The notes below the pieces were generated by a model. The model ran no database searches. It worked only from the letters and a program-made list of their open reading frames with translations, and was not told the DNA's origin. A stretch of DNA of 62,755 bases, the filler included, from Chiloscyllium plagiosum (Eukaryota), in NCBI RefSeq assembly GCF_004010195.1. It is 4 parts of one record of this genome, joined end to end, with 100 filler letters (N's around TTAATTAATTAA, not from the genome) between each part and the next. Parts side by side here need not be neighbours in the genome. Positions count along the whole stretch, not along the records: positions 31,880 to 48,185 come from NC_057712.1; positions 48,286 to 60,906 come from NC_057712.1; 2 more parts are not named here. One strand, written 5' to 3'. Position numbers and translations under genes: made by a program. Shown piece after piece: positions 37,755-49,924 of this stretch; positions within the stretch are counted from its first letter, which is position 1; the number at the start of each line of letters is the position of its first letter.

Positions 37755-38740
37755 ACACACACACACAGGAACACTCTCACTCACACATACATACACACAC
37801 ATNNNNNNNNNNNNNNNNNNNNNNNNNNNNNNNNNNNNNNNNNNNNNNNNNNNNNNNNNNNNNNNNNNNNNNNNNNNNNNNNNNNNNNNNNNNNNNNNNN
37901 NNNNNNNNNNNNNNNNNNNNNNNNNNNNNNNNNNNNNNNNNNNNNNNNNNNNNNNNNNNNNNNNNNNNNNNNNNNNNNNNNNNNNNNNNNNNNNNNNNNN
38001 NNNNNNNNNNNNNNNNNNNNNNNNNNNNNNNNNNNNNNNNNNNNNNNNNNNNNNNNNNNNNNNNNNNNNNNNNNNNNNNNNNNNNNNNNNNNNNNNNNNN
38101 NNNNNNNNNNNNNNNNNNNNNNNNNNNNNNNNNNNNNNNNNNNNNNNNNNNNNNNNNNNNNNNNNNNNNNNNNNNNNNNNNNNNNNNNNNNNNNNNNNNN
38201 NNNNNNNNNNNNNNNNNNNNNNNNNNNNNNNNNGATACATACACACATATACAAATACAGACACCCAAACACAGATACAGAGACGGACAGATACATACAG
38301 ACACACACACACACACATACATACAGGGTCAGTGACACACATAGAAGCACAACCACACATGCAGACACGCACATGAATTCACAGGAACAGGCACACATAC
38401 GCATGTGCGCATGCACACAAACACAGACAGATACATACACACAAACACACATTCACAGACACACACTGATTCACACATACAGATACACCCACACAGGACA
38501 CACACATACACACACACAGATACACGCACACATGTGCACACACAGACAGCTACACACAGTCACAAACACACACACAAGCATGCACACACAGACAGCGCCA
38601 CACACACACACACACGTGCACACATAGACAGCTACACACACACACATACGCACACATTCTCACGTGGATGCACACACATACAAATACAGACACAGATAAC
38701 CACATACACAGATACACACAGACAGATACACAGACAGAGA
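37755..38740. repeat. (CA)n-rich degenerate microsatellite spanning a gap
   Basis: Visible directly. Confidence 0.9.
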
Positions 38741-38829
38741 ACGCTACAGCAGAGATTCTTGAGCTTGGTTCCTGACAGCTGAAGAAGGAATGGCCAATGG
38801 TCACCGAGCAATTGAGCTGTTCAGTATAG

Positions 38830-39022
38830 AATCAGACCCTTCGGTCCAACTCATCCATGCTGATCAGATATCCTAACCTCATCTAGTCCCATTTGCCAGC
38901 ACCAGGCCCATATCCCACCAAACCCTTCCTGTTCATCTACCCATCCAGATGCCTTTTAAATGTTGTAATTGCACCAGCCCTCACCACTTCCTCTGGCAGC
39001 TCATTCCCTACACCTACCACCC
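38830..39022 (-). mobile_element. CR1 3' tail fragment
   Basis: Reverse complement of about 660-850. Confidence 0.85.
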
Positions 39023-39627
39023 TCTCTTGTCCCATCTTCCAGCCCCTTTCCCACACGGCCCTCAGCCTCACCCAGCTCTCCAGGAAATTGGCTGCTGACT
39101 GGTACATGTCATATTCTCCGGCCTCAACTACCACTTCAGCTGCTCGGCAACATAGGCCTCACCGTAACTGAGCACTCTGGCTGTGCACCTGAGCTGTATT
39201 TTAAAAAAGTCTCCACATGAATTTAAAACACATTATAAAACACCCTGAGGAGATTGGTTGGTATCTAACTATTATCTTTTCATGTTTTAGCATGCCGGTA
39301 TGTTCATATATTTGCATGTTTATATGTTTGTATGTTGCATATCACATGTTTGTTTATTTGAGTGCGTCAGATTGTCTGCTTGTATGTCATTGTCCACGCG
39401 CGTGTGTGTACATGTTTATGTGTTGTAGTTATGCTCATGTGATGATATGTCCATGTGTCATTATCTCTGTATTCACATGTTTATATCTTCATGAATCACT
39501 GTGTCCACATTCATGTGTTATTATATCAATTTGGCTTTCGGCCTGTGATCACAGGTTAACATGTTCATGTTATTGTGGCTGTGATCAGCTCTTTTAGCCT
39601 TGGTCACAAACTTCAAGGTGAAATGTC

Positions 39628-39863
39628 GGACAGGGACACTCACTCTGCACACTGTGGGATTGGGGATATTGGGACAGGGACACTTCACTCTGCACACTGT
39701 GGGAATGGGATATTGGGTCAGGGACACTCACTCTGCACACTGTTGGAATGGGATATTGGGACAGGGACACTCACTCGGGACACTGTGGGAATGTGGATAT
39801 TGGGACAGGACACTCACTCTGCACACTGTGCGAATGGGGATATTGGGACAGGGACACTCACTC
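39628..39863. repeat. 43-44 bp minisatellite (GGACAGGGACACTCACTCTGCACACTGTGGGAATGGGATATTG) running into a gap
   Basis: Units start near 39628, 39672, 39716 and 39759 and continue. Confidence 0.9.
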
Positions 39864-41154
39864 NNNNNNNNNNNNNNNNNNNNNNNNNNNNNNNNNNNNN
39901 NNNNNNNNNNNNNNNNNNNNNNNNNNNNNNNNNNNNNNNNNNNNNNNNNNNNNNNNNNNNNNNNNNNNNNNNNNNNNNNNNNNNNNNNNNNNNNNNNNNN
40001 NNNNNNNNNNNNNNNNNNNNNNNNNNNNNNNNNNNNNNNNNNNNNNNNNNNNNNNNNNNNNNNNNNNNNNNNNNNNNNNNNNNNNNNNNNNNNNNNNNNN
40101 NNNNNNNNNNNNNNNNNNNNNNNNNNNNNNNNNNNNNNNNNNNNNNNNNNNNNNNNNNNNNNNNNNNNNNNNNNNNNNNNNNNNNNNNNNNNNNNNNNNN
40201 NNNNNNNNNNNNNNNNNNNNNNNNNNNNNNNNNNNNNNNNNNNNNNNNNNNNNNNNNNNNNNNNNNNNNNNNNNNNNNNNNNNNNNNNNNNNNNNNNNNN
40301 NNNNNNNNNNNNNNNNNNNNNNNNNNNNNNNNNNNNNNNNNNNNNNNNNNNNNNNNNNNNNNNTCACTGATACCCAGGGTAGATATGAATATCTAAGGGA
40401 GGAGTGAACTGAATGAACTTCTGAATGTGAGTTGTGACAGAGGCCTTTAAATCAGTCTGACTCGAGTGAGATGTCACTGAGCCTTGTACAAGCTCTTTTC
40501 TGCAGCTGCTGAGATTAACTGACAGGCATGACCTGGCCGAGACCCTGAACTGCTGCTGATTCACCATTTACTCCTCTCTCTGTCCTTGAGTTTCCCAACA
40601 GCAGTCTGAGCATTGCACAGCTTGAGGGACTGAACCCTGGCACTATTTGCACAACAAGAGATTGTATTTATGTTGCAACATCAGAATGTAATAAAATTTG
40701 CGGGGAGCATGATAGAGGACCAAACATCTTGTTTTAGCTGAGGCTCTCCTGGTTTTTCGTTAAGCATCCCAATGCCTTGGCAATTTCAAAAAAAAAACTT
40801 CAGAATTCCCAACTTTCCCACAAAGTCTATCAATATGTCCCAGTTTAGCTGTTTGAAATTCCGGGTCACTCACTGAGCCACGTAGAGAGACCAAGATAGC
40901 GGATCAAAAGCTTTTTCACAGGTTTTAAGGAGGAAATTGAGGTTGAGATGGCAAGGGAGGTAAATTAGAACTTTGGGCACAGGAAGATTAACACATGGTG
41001 CCCCATGGCCAAAGGGTTTAAAATTGACACTAGCTCAGAAGCCAGAATGGGGAGAATGCTGATATCTCAAAGAGTGTGGGGCTACAGGTGAGTTAGGGAG
41101 GGTGTGAGGTCATCAGGGGGATTTAAATGAAGGCAATGCCAAAGCAGAAGCCAA

Positions 41155-41540
41155 CACTGGATTACTGTGTCCAGTTCTGATCGCCTGGGTTTGGGAAGGA
41201 CATTATAAGCTGGGGAAGGGGAGGTTGGATAGGCGGGACTTTATTCACAGGAGCATAGGAGGTTGACGGAAAAGATTTTTAAGGTGAAAGGAGAAAATTT
41301 TAAAAAGGGGAATTCTTTTTAGACAGACAGTGGTTCCTGTGTGGAATTAACTTCCAGAGGAAGTGGTGGTTGTGGGTGCAGTTACAACTTTTAAAAGATA
41401 TTTGAATAAGTACATGACTGAGAAATGTTTGCAGGGACATGGGTCAAGCACAGGCAGGTGGGACTGGTCTAGTTTGGGATTCTGGTCTGTCTGAACTGGT
41501 TGGACCGTAGGGTCTGTTTCCGTGCTGCATGTATCCATGA
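41155..41540 (+). mobile_element. CR1 3' fragment with internal deletions
   Basis: TGGAATTAACTTCCAGAGGAAGTGGTGG and a CR1 tail. Confidence 0.8.
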
Positions 41541-42149
41541 GCTTCAAGGTGCAGGGACTTGTAAGGATTGGAAGGGGGGGGCAGTAGGTTAAAGGATGGA
41601 TGCGATGGGAAGAATGTCAATTTCTCAAAGAGGTTAGGAGGGAGGAAGTGGCCTAACCAGCCTGGAGGGCCTGGGAGCTGAGGGAATGGGAGGTTTGAGA
41701 CAACTTTTAAAAAATGGAACTCACCACCAAACTGCAGAGTGATGGGTGCGGGTCTGTTGATAAATTGTGGTTGTAGTCTGGGCAAGAGAGGTCTCCAACT
41801 CCCTGACAGGATTCAGAGAGAGCTTGTATCCTCCTACATCTCCTATCTAGTCCAACCAGTGTTCAATGAATGCCAACTACTAATGACATCATTCAACTCA
41901 GCCCATCTTTAACATAGGACCCAATGCCTCCTTAATTTAGGTGTTCTCACAGCCTGGAAGATATGGTCAGTAAAATGGGCAAATGAGACATGTAGTACTG
42001 ATTTAACTCAACTTGTATCCTTCAAAATAGAGCCCCAGTTTGACCAGTATATTCATTTCCTAGTTTTACTGTTTTATTATCCAGATTTTTCACATAAAAC
42101 CACCGGTGAGGGAAAAAAAGGGATCCTATTCAATATTCACACCCATGGC

Positions 42150-42890
42150 CAAGTTATACCTGTACCCAGTTGTATGTCTCTATAAACTGTGCCCAGGTGT
42201 GAGTCTCTATGGACTGTGTCCAAGTGTAAATCACAAAAGATTGTGCTCAGGTGTGTGTATCTATAAACTGTGCACACGACTCTCTCTAAACTAAGAGAAA
42301 GTGAGGATTGCAGATGCCGAAGAGTCAGAGTTGAAAAGTGTGGTGCTGGAAAAGCAAGCCAGTCTGGCAGCTTCTGAGGAGCAGGAGAGTCGACGGTTCA
42401 GGTGTAAGCACTTCATCAGGAATGGAGGGGGGAAGGGGAGCTGAGCAATAAATAAGGAGCTGGGGTGGAGGGAAGGTAGCTGGGAAGAGAGGGGGAGAGG
42501 AGGAGAGGAGAGTCCCCCAGTCGTCAGATTTGGTGGTGGAGGAGGCCCAGGACTTGCATGCCCATGGGGGAGTTGAAGTGGTTGGCCACAGGGTGGTGGG
42601 GTTGTTGGGTGCATATGTCGCAGAGATGTTCCGCATGTTGGCATCCTGTCTATGCCCAGGTGTGACTTCCTCTAAACTGTGCCTAGGTCTGAGTCATTAT
42701 TTACTGTGCCAGTATGAATTGTGAAAGCTTGTGCCCAGTTAGGAGTCTGTACAGACTGTGATCAGGTGTAAGTCACTATGGTCTGTGCTAAGGTATGAAT
42801 CACTATAAACTGTGCCCAGATATGTGTCACTATCCATGCGCTCAGATATGAATCACTGTAGACTGTTCACTAGTGTGAGTCCATAAGGCT
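42150..42890. repeat. 27-bp minisatellite (TATAAACTGTGCCCAGGTGTGAGTCAC); split by a PLE fragment and resuming at about 47505-47600
   Basis: Units visible at 42181-42290, 42650-42890 and 47505-47600. Confidence 0.8.
42292..42640 (-). mobile_element. Penelope-like element 3' fragment (GIY-YIG endonuclease remnant plus pLTR)
   Basis: Minus strand 42521-42636 translates to AEHLCDICTQQPHHPVANHFNSP..MQVLGLLHHQ (PLE endonuclease EH..PVA.HFN motif), followed by a pLTR with a degraded CTGATGA core. Confidence 0.8.
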
Positions 42891-42894
42891 GTTA

Positions 42895-45800
42895 GCTAAA
42901 GGAGCAGAATAAGGTCAGTCGGCCCTTCGGGTCTGGCCTGCCATTTGACTGTGTCTACTATGTTTCTGAAACCCATTCTCTTGCTGTCTCCCATAACCCA
43001 TGATCCCCCGGCTAATCAAGAACTTCTCTACTTCTGTCTTAAAAACAGTCAATGACTTGGCCTCCACTGCCTTCTGTGGTGATGAGTTAAACGACTAACC
43101 ACCCTGCAGTTGAAGGAATTCCCCCTCATCTCTGTCAAAGGGTCGTCCCCACACTCTGAGGCTGTGCCCTTGGGTCCTAGTCTCTGCTATAGGGAAAATA
43201 TCTCGATGTCCACTCTATCCAGGCCTCTCAGTATACTGAGAGTTTCAATAAGACTCCCCCCCACCCAGCCCCTCAATATTTTAAAGACCCAGTGTCCTCT
43301 GTCGCTCCTCATGTGAGAAGCCTTTCATCCCTGGGGTCATCCTTGTAAACCTCCTCTGGAGTGCCCCTCCTTTGCCAGCACATTCTTCATCAGTTGTTCT
43401 TTTTTAGTTGTTCTTTTCTGGTTTTTAAAGGCTTCCCAATCCCCCGCTTCTCACTAATAGTCAGCACATTGTATGCTTTTTTTTTGTTTTGATGCTGTCC
43501 CTGACTTCCCGTGTGAGCCTCCCCTCGGTATGTTTCTTCTTCCTTGGGGTGAATTTCTGCTGTACCTTCTGAATTAGCTGCACAAGATCCTGCCACTGCT
43601 GTTCCACCGTCTCCCTTGCTCAGCTCTCCTTCCAATCAACTCTGGCTCGCTCCTCCCTCATGTTGCCTAATGACCTTTACTCAATTGTAATACAATTACA
43701 AATGATCCCAACTTCTCCCTCTCAAACTGCACGGTGAATTAAAGACATAGAGCATGGGAACAGACCCTTCAGCCTAATTTGCCCATGCTGACCATGTTTC
43801 CTAAACTTGCCTGCATTTGGCCCATATCCCTCTAAACCTTTCCCAATCATTTCCAGATGCCTTTTAAATGTTAATAATTGTACCAGCCTCTACCACTTCC
43901 TCTTAGCTCATTCCATACACATCCCACCCTCTGCATGAAAAAGTTGCCCCTTAGCTCCCTTTTAAATCTTTCCCCTCTCACCCTAAACCTATTCCCTTTA
44001 GATTTGGACTCCCGTACCCTGGGGAAAATACCTTGACTGTTTACCCTATCCGTGTCCCTCATGATTTTATAAACCTCTATAAGGTCATTCCTCAGCCTTT
44101 GATGCTCCAGGGAAAACAGACCCAGCCTGTTCAGCCTCTCCCCACAGCTCAAACCCTTCAGTCCTGGTAACATCCTTCCAATAGCAGGGCGACAAGAACT
44201 GTACACAGTATTCCAAATAAGAGAAAGTGAGGACTGCAGATGTTGGAGATCAGAGCTGAAATATGTGTTGCTGGAAAAGTGCAGCAGGTCAGGCAGCATC
44301 CAAGGAAATGTTGATTCTCCTGCTCCTTGGATGCTGCCTGACCAGCTGCACTTTTCCAGCACCACATTTTTCAGCACAGTATTGCAATGTGGCTTAACCA
44401 ATGTCTTGTATCGCTGTAACCTGACGTCCCAACTCCTGTACTCAACACTCTGACTGATAAAGGCAAGTGTGCCAAACACCTTCTTCACCACCTGTGATGC
44501 CAATGTCAAGGAACTATGTCCCTGCACCCGTTAGTGTTTCTGTTCAACAAGACTTCCCAAAGCCCTCCCATTAACTGTGTAAGTCCTGCACTGGTTTGTC
44601 TTATCAAGATGCAACACCCCATTTATCTGAATTAAACTCCATCTGCCATTCCTCAGCCCACTGGCCCAGTTGATCAAGATCCTACTGTACTCTTAGATAA
44701 CTGTCTTCACTGTCCACCCAACCACCAGTTTTGGTGTCATCCACAAACTTACCAACCATGCCTCCAATATTCTCATCCAAATCATTTATGAATATAAATT
44801 TATATTATGTAAATAATGAACAACAGCGAATCTAGTAACAATCCTTGCAGCACATCGCTGGACACAGGGCTCCAGTCTGAAAATCAACCCTCCACCATCA
44901 CCCTCTGTCTCCTACCATCGAGCCAATTTTGTATCCAGTTGGCTAACTCTCCTTGGACCCAATGTAATCAAACTTTACTAACCAGTTTACCATGCTGTAC
45001 CTTGCTAAAGTCCACTCAGATGACATGTACCACTCAGCTTTCAGCTAACTTCTCGATCACCTCAAGTTTGTGTGCCATGATTTCCCATGCACAGAGCCAT
45101 GCTCACTATCCCTAATCCATCCTTGCCTTTCCAAACACACGTAGATGCTATCTTTCAGAATCCCCTCCAACATCTCACCCACCACTGACGTCTGGCTCAC
45201 TGGTCTATAGTTCCCTGGCTTTTCCTTGCAGTCTTTCTTTAAGAATTAGCCACATTAGCTACCCTCCAGTTTTTTCTGGCACCTCACCCATGGTTGTCAA
45301 TGATACAAATATCTCCGCTAGGAGCCCCACAATTTTTTCCCAGCTTTCCACAATGTTCTGGGATACACTTGATCAATACCAGGGATTTATCTATCTTTAT
45401 GAGCTGTAAGACCTCCAGTATCTCCTTTTCTGTCATGTGGACTCTTTCCAAAACATCACCATTTAATTCCCGGAGTTCCCTAGCTTCTATATCTTCATCC
45501 ATGGTTGTTACTGATGAGAAATGTTAGTTTAGGGTCTCACCCATCTCCTGTGGTTCAATGCATAGAATTTAAATGGACCCTATTATTAAATCCATTTCAC
45601 TTAAAGATGGTTCACATTATGGAGAAAACAAATGTAATTATCAATGTTCTGTTGATCTCAAGAAGATTCTCCCCCTAGTCCCTCATCTGCCCTAAATCCA
45701 TTTGGATTCTCCTTAACCCTATCTACCAAAGATATCTTATGTCCCCTTTTTGCCCTCTTGATTTCCCTCTTAAATATTGGACAATAGACAATAGACAACA

Positions 45801-47500
45801 GACAATAGGTGCAGGAGTAGGCCATTCAGCTCTTCGAGCCTGCACCGCCATTCAATATAATCATGGCTGATCATTCCTAATCAGTATCCTGTTCCTGCCT
45901 TATCTCCATAACCCTTGATTCCACTATCTTTGAGAGCTCTATCCAACTCCTTCTTAAATGAATCCAGAGAGTGGGCCTCCACTGCCCCCTGTGGCAGAGC
46001 ATCCCACACAGCCACCACTCTCTGGGTGAAGAAGTTTCTCCTAAGCTCTGTCCTAAGTGGTCTACCCCGTATTTTTAAGCTGTGTCCTCTGGTTCAGCAC
46101 TCACCCATCAGNNNNNNNNNNNNNNNNNNNNNNNNNNNNNNNNNNNNNNNNNNNNNNNNNNNNNNNNNNNNNNNNNNNNNNNNNNNNNNNNNNNNNNNNN
46201 NNNNNNNNNNNNNNNNNNNNNNNNNNNNNNNNNNNNNNNNNNNNNNNNNNNNNNNNNNNNNNNNNNNNNNNNNNNNNNNNNNNNNNNNNNNNNNNNNNNN
46301 NNNNNNNNNNNNNNNNNNNNNNNNNNNNNNNNNNNNNNNNNNNNNNNNNNNNNNNNNNNNNNNNNNNNNNNNNNNNNNNNNNNNNNNNNNNNNNNNNNNN
46401 NNNNNNNNNNNNNNNNNNNNNNNNNNNNNNNNNNNNNNNNNNNNNNNNNNNNNNNNNNNNNNNNNNNNNNNNNNNNNNNNNNNNNNNNNNNNNNNNNNNN
46501 NNNNNNNNNNNNNNNNNNNNNNNNNNNNNNTTCAAGAAGATTAGTCAAGCATGGTTTCCCCTTCATAAATCCATGCTGACTCTGTCCTATCCTGTTACTA
46601 CTATCCAGATGTGCCGTAATTTCATCCTTTATAGTAGACTCCAGCATCTTTCCCACCACTGAGGTCAGACTAACTGTTTTAGACTTTCCTGCTTTCTCTC
46701 GCCCACCTTTCTTAAAAAGTGGTATAACATTAGCCATCCTCCAATCCTCAGGAACCGACCCCGAATCTATTGAACTCTGGAAAATAATCACCAACGCATC
46801 CATGATTTCCCGAGCCACCTCCTTCAGTACTCTGGGATGCAGACCATCAGGCCCCGGGGGCTTATCAACCTTCAGACCTAACAGTCTCTCCAACACCAAA
46901 TCCAGGCAAATATAAATTCCCTTAATTTCAGGTCCTTCAGCCACTGTTACCTCAGGGAGATTGCTTGTGTCTTCCCCAGATCTGAAGTACCCATTTAATT
47001 CTTCTGCCATTTCTTTGTTCCCCGTAATATATTCCCCTGTTTCTGTCTTCAAGGGCCCAATTTTTGTCCTAACCATTTTTTTGTCTTGCACATACCTAAA
47101 AAAGCTTTTACTATCCTCCTTAATATTCTTGGCCAGTTTACCTTTGTACCTCATTTTTCCTCTGCGTATTGCCTTCTTAGTAATCCTCTGTTGCTCTTTA
47201 AAAGCTTCCCAGTCCTCAGTTTTCCCACTTATCTTAGCTATGTTATACTTTTTCTCTTTTAACTTTATATTCTCCTATATCCACTATACTCATTAAGGAT
47301 TCACTTGATCCCGGCTGTCTACACCTGACGTATATCTCCTGGTCTTTCTTGACCTCAATATCTCTGTTCATCCAGCATTCCTATTATAAAATTCTATCAC
47401 ATTATGATCTCTGGCCCTCACAATTACTTCACCTTAAGCTCCCTAATCAAGTCAACCTCACTACACATCACCAAATCCAGAACTGCCTGTTCCCTAGTGT
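42895..47500 (-). mobile_element. Stack of three nested CR1 LINEs (outer 42895-43740 and 47390-47500; middle 43742-45778 and about 47266-47385; inner 45781-47265)
   Basis: Three distinct 3' tails, one of them (CAATAGA)n at 45781; inner open ORF PGPDGLHPRVLKE..VPEDWRMANV..QHGFMKGK; the host sequences resume in register. Confidence 0.85.
44217..44374. mobile_element. Penelope-like inverted pLTR mini-cassette in CR1
   Basis: Inverted arms; TSD CACAGTATTCCAA (44204-44216) and CACAGTATTGCAA (44375-44387). Confidence 0.8.
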
Positions 47501-47949
47501 CATTATATATAGTTTGCCGAGGTGTGTGTCAGCATAGACTTTGCCTAGATGTGAGTCACTATAGACTGTGCCCAGGTGTGTGGCACTATAAACTGTGCTG
47601 ATGACTTCACAAAACCTTTCAAGTTAACAGTCAATGTTTCTGACTTGGTGGGAGGTACAGTCTTGTTAAAAGATGATGAGTTAGGCATAGAGAAGGCAGT
47701 TGGTAACTTTTCCAAAAAGCCAAATCTACACCATAGGTAAATACAGTGGTAAAAAACATCCTGTGAGTGCTGCTGGCTAGTAAACCTTTTGACGTATTTA
47801 AATGTCACAGCTACAGGGAGATGCTGCTATGTACTGATTACACTCCATAATCTCTGTGAAAATAATTGGAAACCAAAACACCCAATGAGTTAAATGGAGT
47901 TTGTTACTTACAGCCTTATCACTGAGACATTGTTCAGGTTATGGAGGAC

Positions 47950-48185
47950 TTGAAAGTGGAGCCGCAGGTAGATAGGATAGTTAAGGCAGCGTTGGTATGC
48001 TTTCCTTTATTGGTCAGAGTATTGAGTACAGGAGTTGGGAGGTCATGTTGCGGCTGTACAGGACATTGGTTAGGTCACTGTTGGAATATTGTGTACAATT
48101 CTGGTCTCCTTCCTATTGGAATGATATTGTGAAACTTGAAAGGGTTCAGAAAAGATTTACAAGGATGTTGCCAGGGTTGGAGAAT
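47950..48185 (+). mobile_element. CR1 ORF2 fragment cut by the spacer
   Basis: LSFIGQSIEYRSWEVMLRLYRTLVR; same family as 1-878. Confidence 0.9.
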
Positions 48186-48285
48186 NNNNNNNNNNNNNNN
48201 NNNNNNNNNNNNNNNNNNNNNNNNNNNNNTTAATTAATTAANNNNNNNNNNNNNNNNNNNNNNNNNNNNNNNNNNNNNNNNNNNN
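48186..48285. other. Artificial contig-joining spacer
   Basis: N44-TTAATTAATTAA-N44. Confidence 0.95.
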
Positions 48286-48562
48286 AATAAACAACTGTAG
48301 TTTGCCAATGCCGATGGCACGGTCCAGGCTATTAATCATGCAACCAAATCTGTGGGTAGGAAATCAGTCAGTGTTTGTGGCTGGCCCACATTATGCAAGA
48401 TGCTGCATTTAGTGTATGAGCCGAGCACCAGAGTCCACATAGCGCCCTTCTTTGCTGAAACACGTAGAACACAACTGTCCCATCCCCCAAATGTGCATGG
48501 AACCTGTGGAGTAGCCCTGTATTAATGAGACAGCATCTCATCTTCCAATCTCCATTTTACAG

Positions 48563-48609
48563 GAAGGAAGAAGCAGAGACTCGCCAAAGAAAAGGCTGGA
48601 CTGTCCCGG
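48563..48609 (+). CDS. TOMM20: TOMM20 coding exon 2 (mitochondrial import receptor TOM20)
   Basis: Acceptor tccattttacAG, donor GTAAGT; 47 bp, phase 1 to 0; encodes (R)RKKQRLAKEKAGLSR, matching vertebrate TOM20 RRKKQKLAKERAGLSK. Confidence 0.93.
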
Positions 48610-48714
48610 GTAAGTTTAGGTGGACCGACGATGTGAAGTTGTGAGCTGCCTCTTTGAAATACCTGGGTCGGACTGGGGTGGGGAGTTGGGCTATTGCGTG
48701 CCTCTTAACACAGC

Positions 48715-48848
48715 TGCATTCTGTAAACTCCCGACTTGTTTTGTCTCACAACAAGCCGGACTAGAAGGAATGCAAAATGAAAGCTCCAGAGAATTCCAAA
48801 GTGCTGAGCTTCACTTGTGCTTTTCACTATTTCACCTCTCTGACAATT
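48715..48848 (+). ncRNA. SNORA14: H/ACA box snoRNA SNORA14, copy 1 (TOMM20 intron 2)
   Basis: Hairpin TGCATTC..GAATGCA; H box AAATGA at 48775-48780; second hairpin CAGAGA..TCTCTG; ACA at 48843-48845. Pocket TCCAA / ATTTCACCTCT is complementary to 18S rRNA AGAGGUGAAAU-UC-UUGGA (U966, human numbering). Human SNORA14B is hosted by TOMM20. Confidence 0.88.
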
Positions 48849-49842
48849 CCATAAGACACGAGAACAGAAATTATGCCATTCTACTCTGCCAAACAGGAAT
48901 AGTGATGCAGGTGGCTGTGGGAAGAGATTATTGCCTCTTTTCAATACAGGAATGGCAACACAGTTGCAACCTGGAAGAGGGGACTCAGTAATGTCTGTGG
49001 GTGGGGATGAGCAAGGTTCAGTCACTGTGTCAGAGTTTGACAGAGCACAGCATTCATTGTGGATGGGGGAGGGACCTCTGCCTGGATCTGAGGTGTTGGG
49101 GAGTGGTCCAAGCCCAGCCCAGCAGTGGGTACAGTATGAGGACACTGTCAGGTATGGAGAATGGTTTGTCTCTGGTCTGAAGTGAGGTTCCAGTTGAGGT
49201 TGGACCCACGTGGCAAGGCAGTAGCTGAAGTTTTATCTTACTTTCTTCTCCAGTCCCAAAACCAATCAGTCCTGTTGCTACCTATTCTGTTTCCAGTAGG
49301 TGTCCTGTCCCAGAGCATGAGTTCTTTACGTAGCAGCAGGTTAAAGTCAGGACGGAGCTGCTCCTTCACTTTTCTCATGGGTGTTGCTCCTGGACGGAGA
49401 CTGAGAGGCTTGTGTTTTATTACGTTGGTGCTGATCAATTTTATCAAGTGAAATATGTTTTGCCAGTGGTGTTAAAGTGAGAGTTCTCGAGGACTTTCCC
49501 ACCGCCTGGGGTTTGATCAATCCTTGTTCTCACCTGGTTTTGCCAGTGATTTGATGAACCATTAATAGCTGGGGTAGGAGATTGGGAGAGTCCAGTCAAA
49601 TGAAATTCCTAAACCAGTGTCTGCCTCAACCTGGTGATCTGCTTTGGGAGACAGGGGCAGCAGGTGATCAAATTCATTGACCCCCCCCCCCCCCCCCCAA
49701 TTAGCTATGATCAACTGTTCCTCTTAACCTCACTTTAATTTTAGAGATGGTTCCCTTGCTACTGCACCCAGCAAACTAAAGTATTCAGCCAGTGAGTAAT
49801 AACAAACTCTTCTAAACTGCACGTTGCTTCCTTGTTTTGCAG

Positions 49843-49924
49843 TTGCCAGACTTGAAAGATGCGGAAGCTGTGCAGAAGTTTTTCCTGGAAGAGATCCAAC
49901 TAGGCGAAGAGTTGTTAGCACAAG
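49843..49924 (+). CDS. TOMM20: TOMM20 coding exon 3
   Basis: Acceptor cttgttttgcAG, donor GTCAGA; 82 bp; encodes LPDLKDAEAVQKFFLEEIQLGEELLAQ(G), the conserved TOM20 core. Confidence 0.97.

Noticed and set aside
39628..39863. CRISPR-like regular repeats (also 11848, 42150 and 60675)
   Set aside because: Head-to-tail minisatellites without unique spacers, in vertebrate DNA with no cas genes.
48620..48991. ORFs at 48620 and 52170 sharing LNTAAFCK..MQNESSREFQSAELHLCFSLFHLSDNS
   Set aside because: They are translations of the two SNORA14 copies, not a duplicated coding exon.
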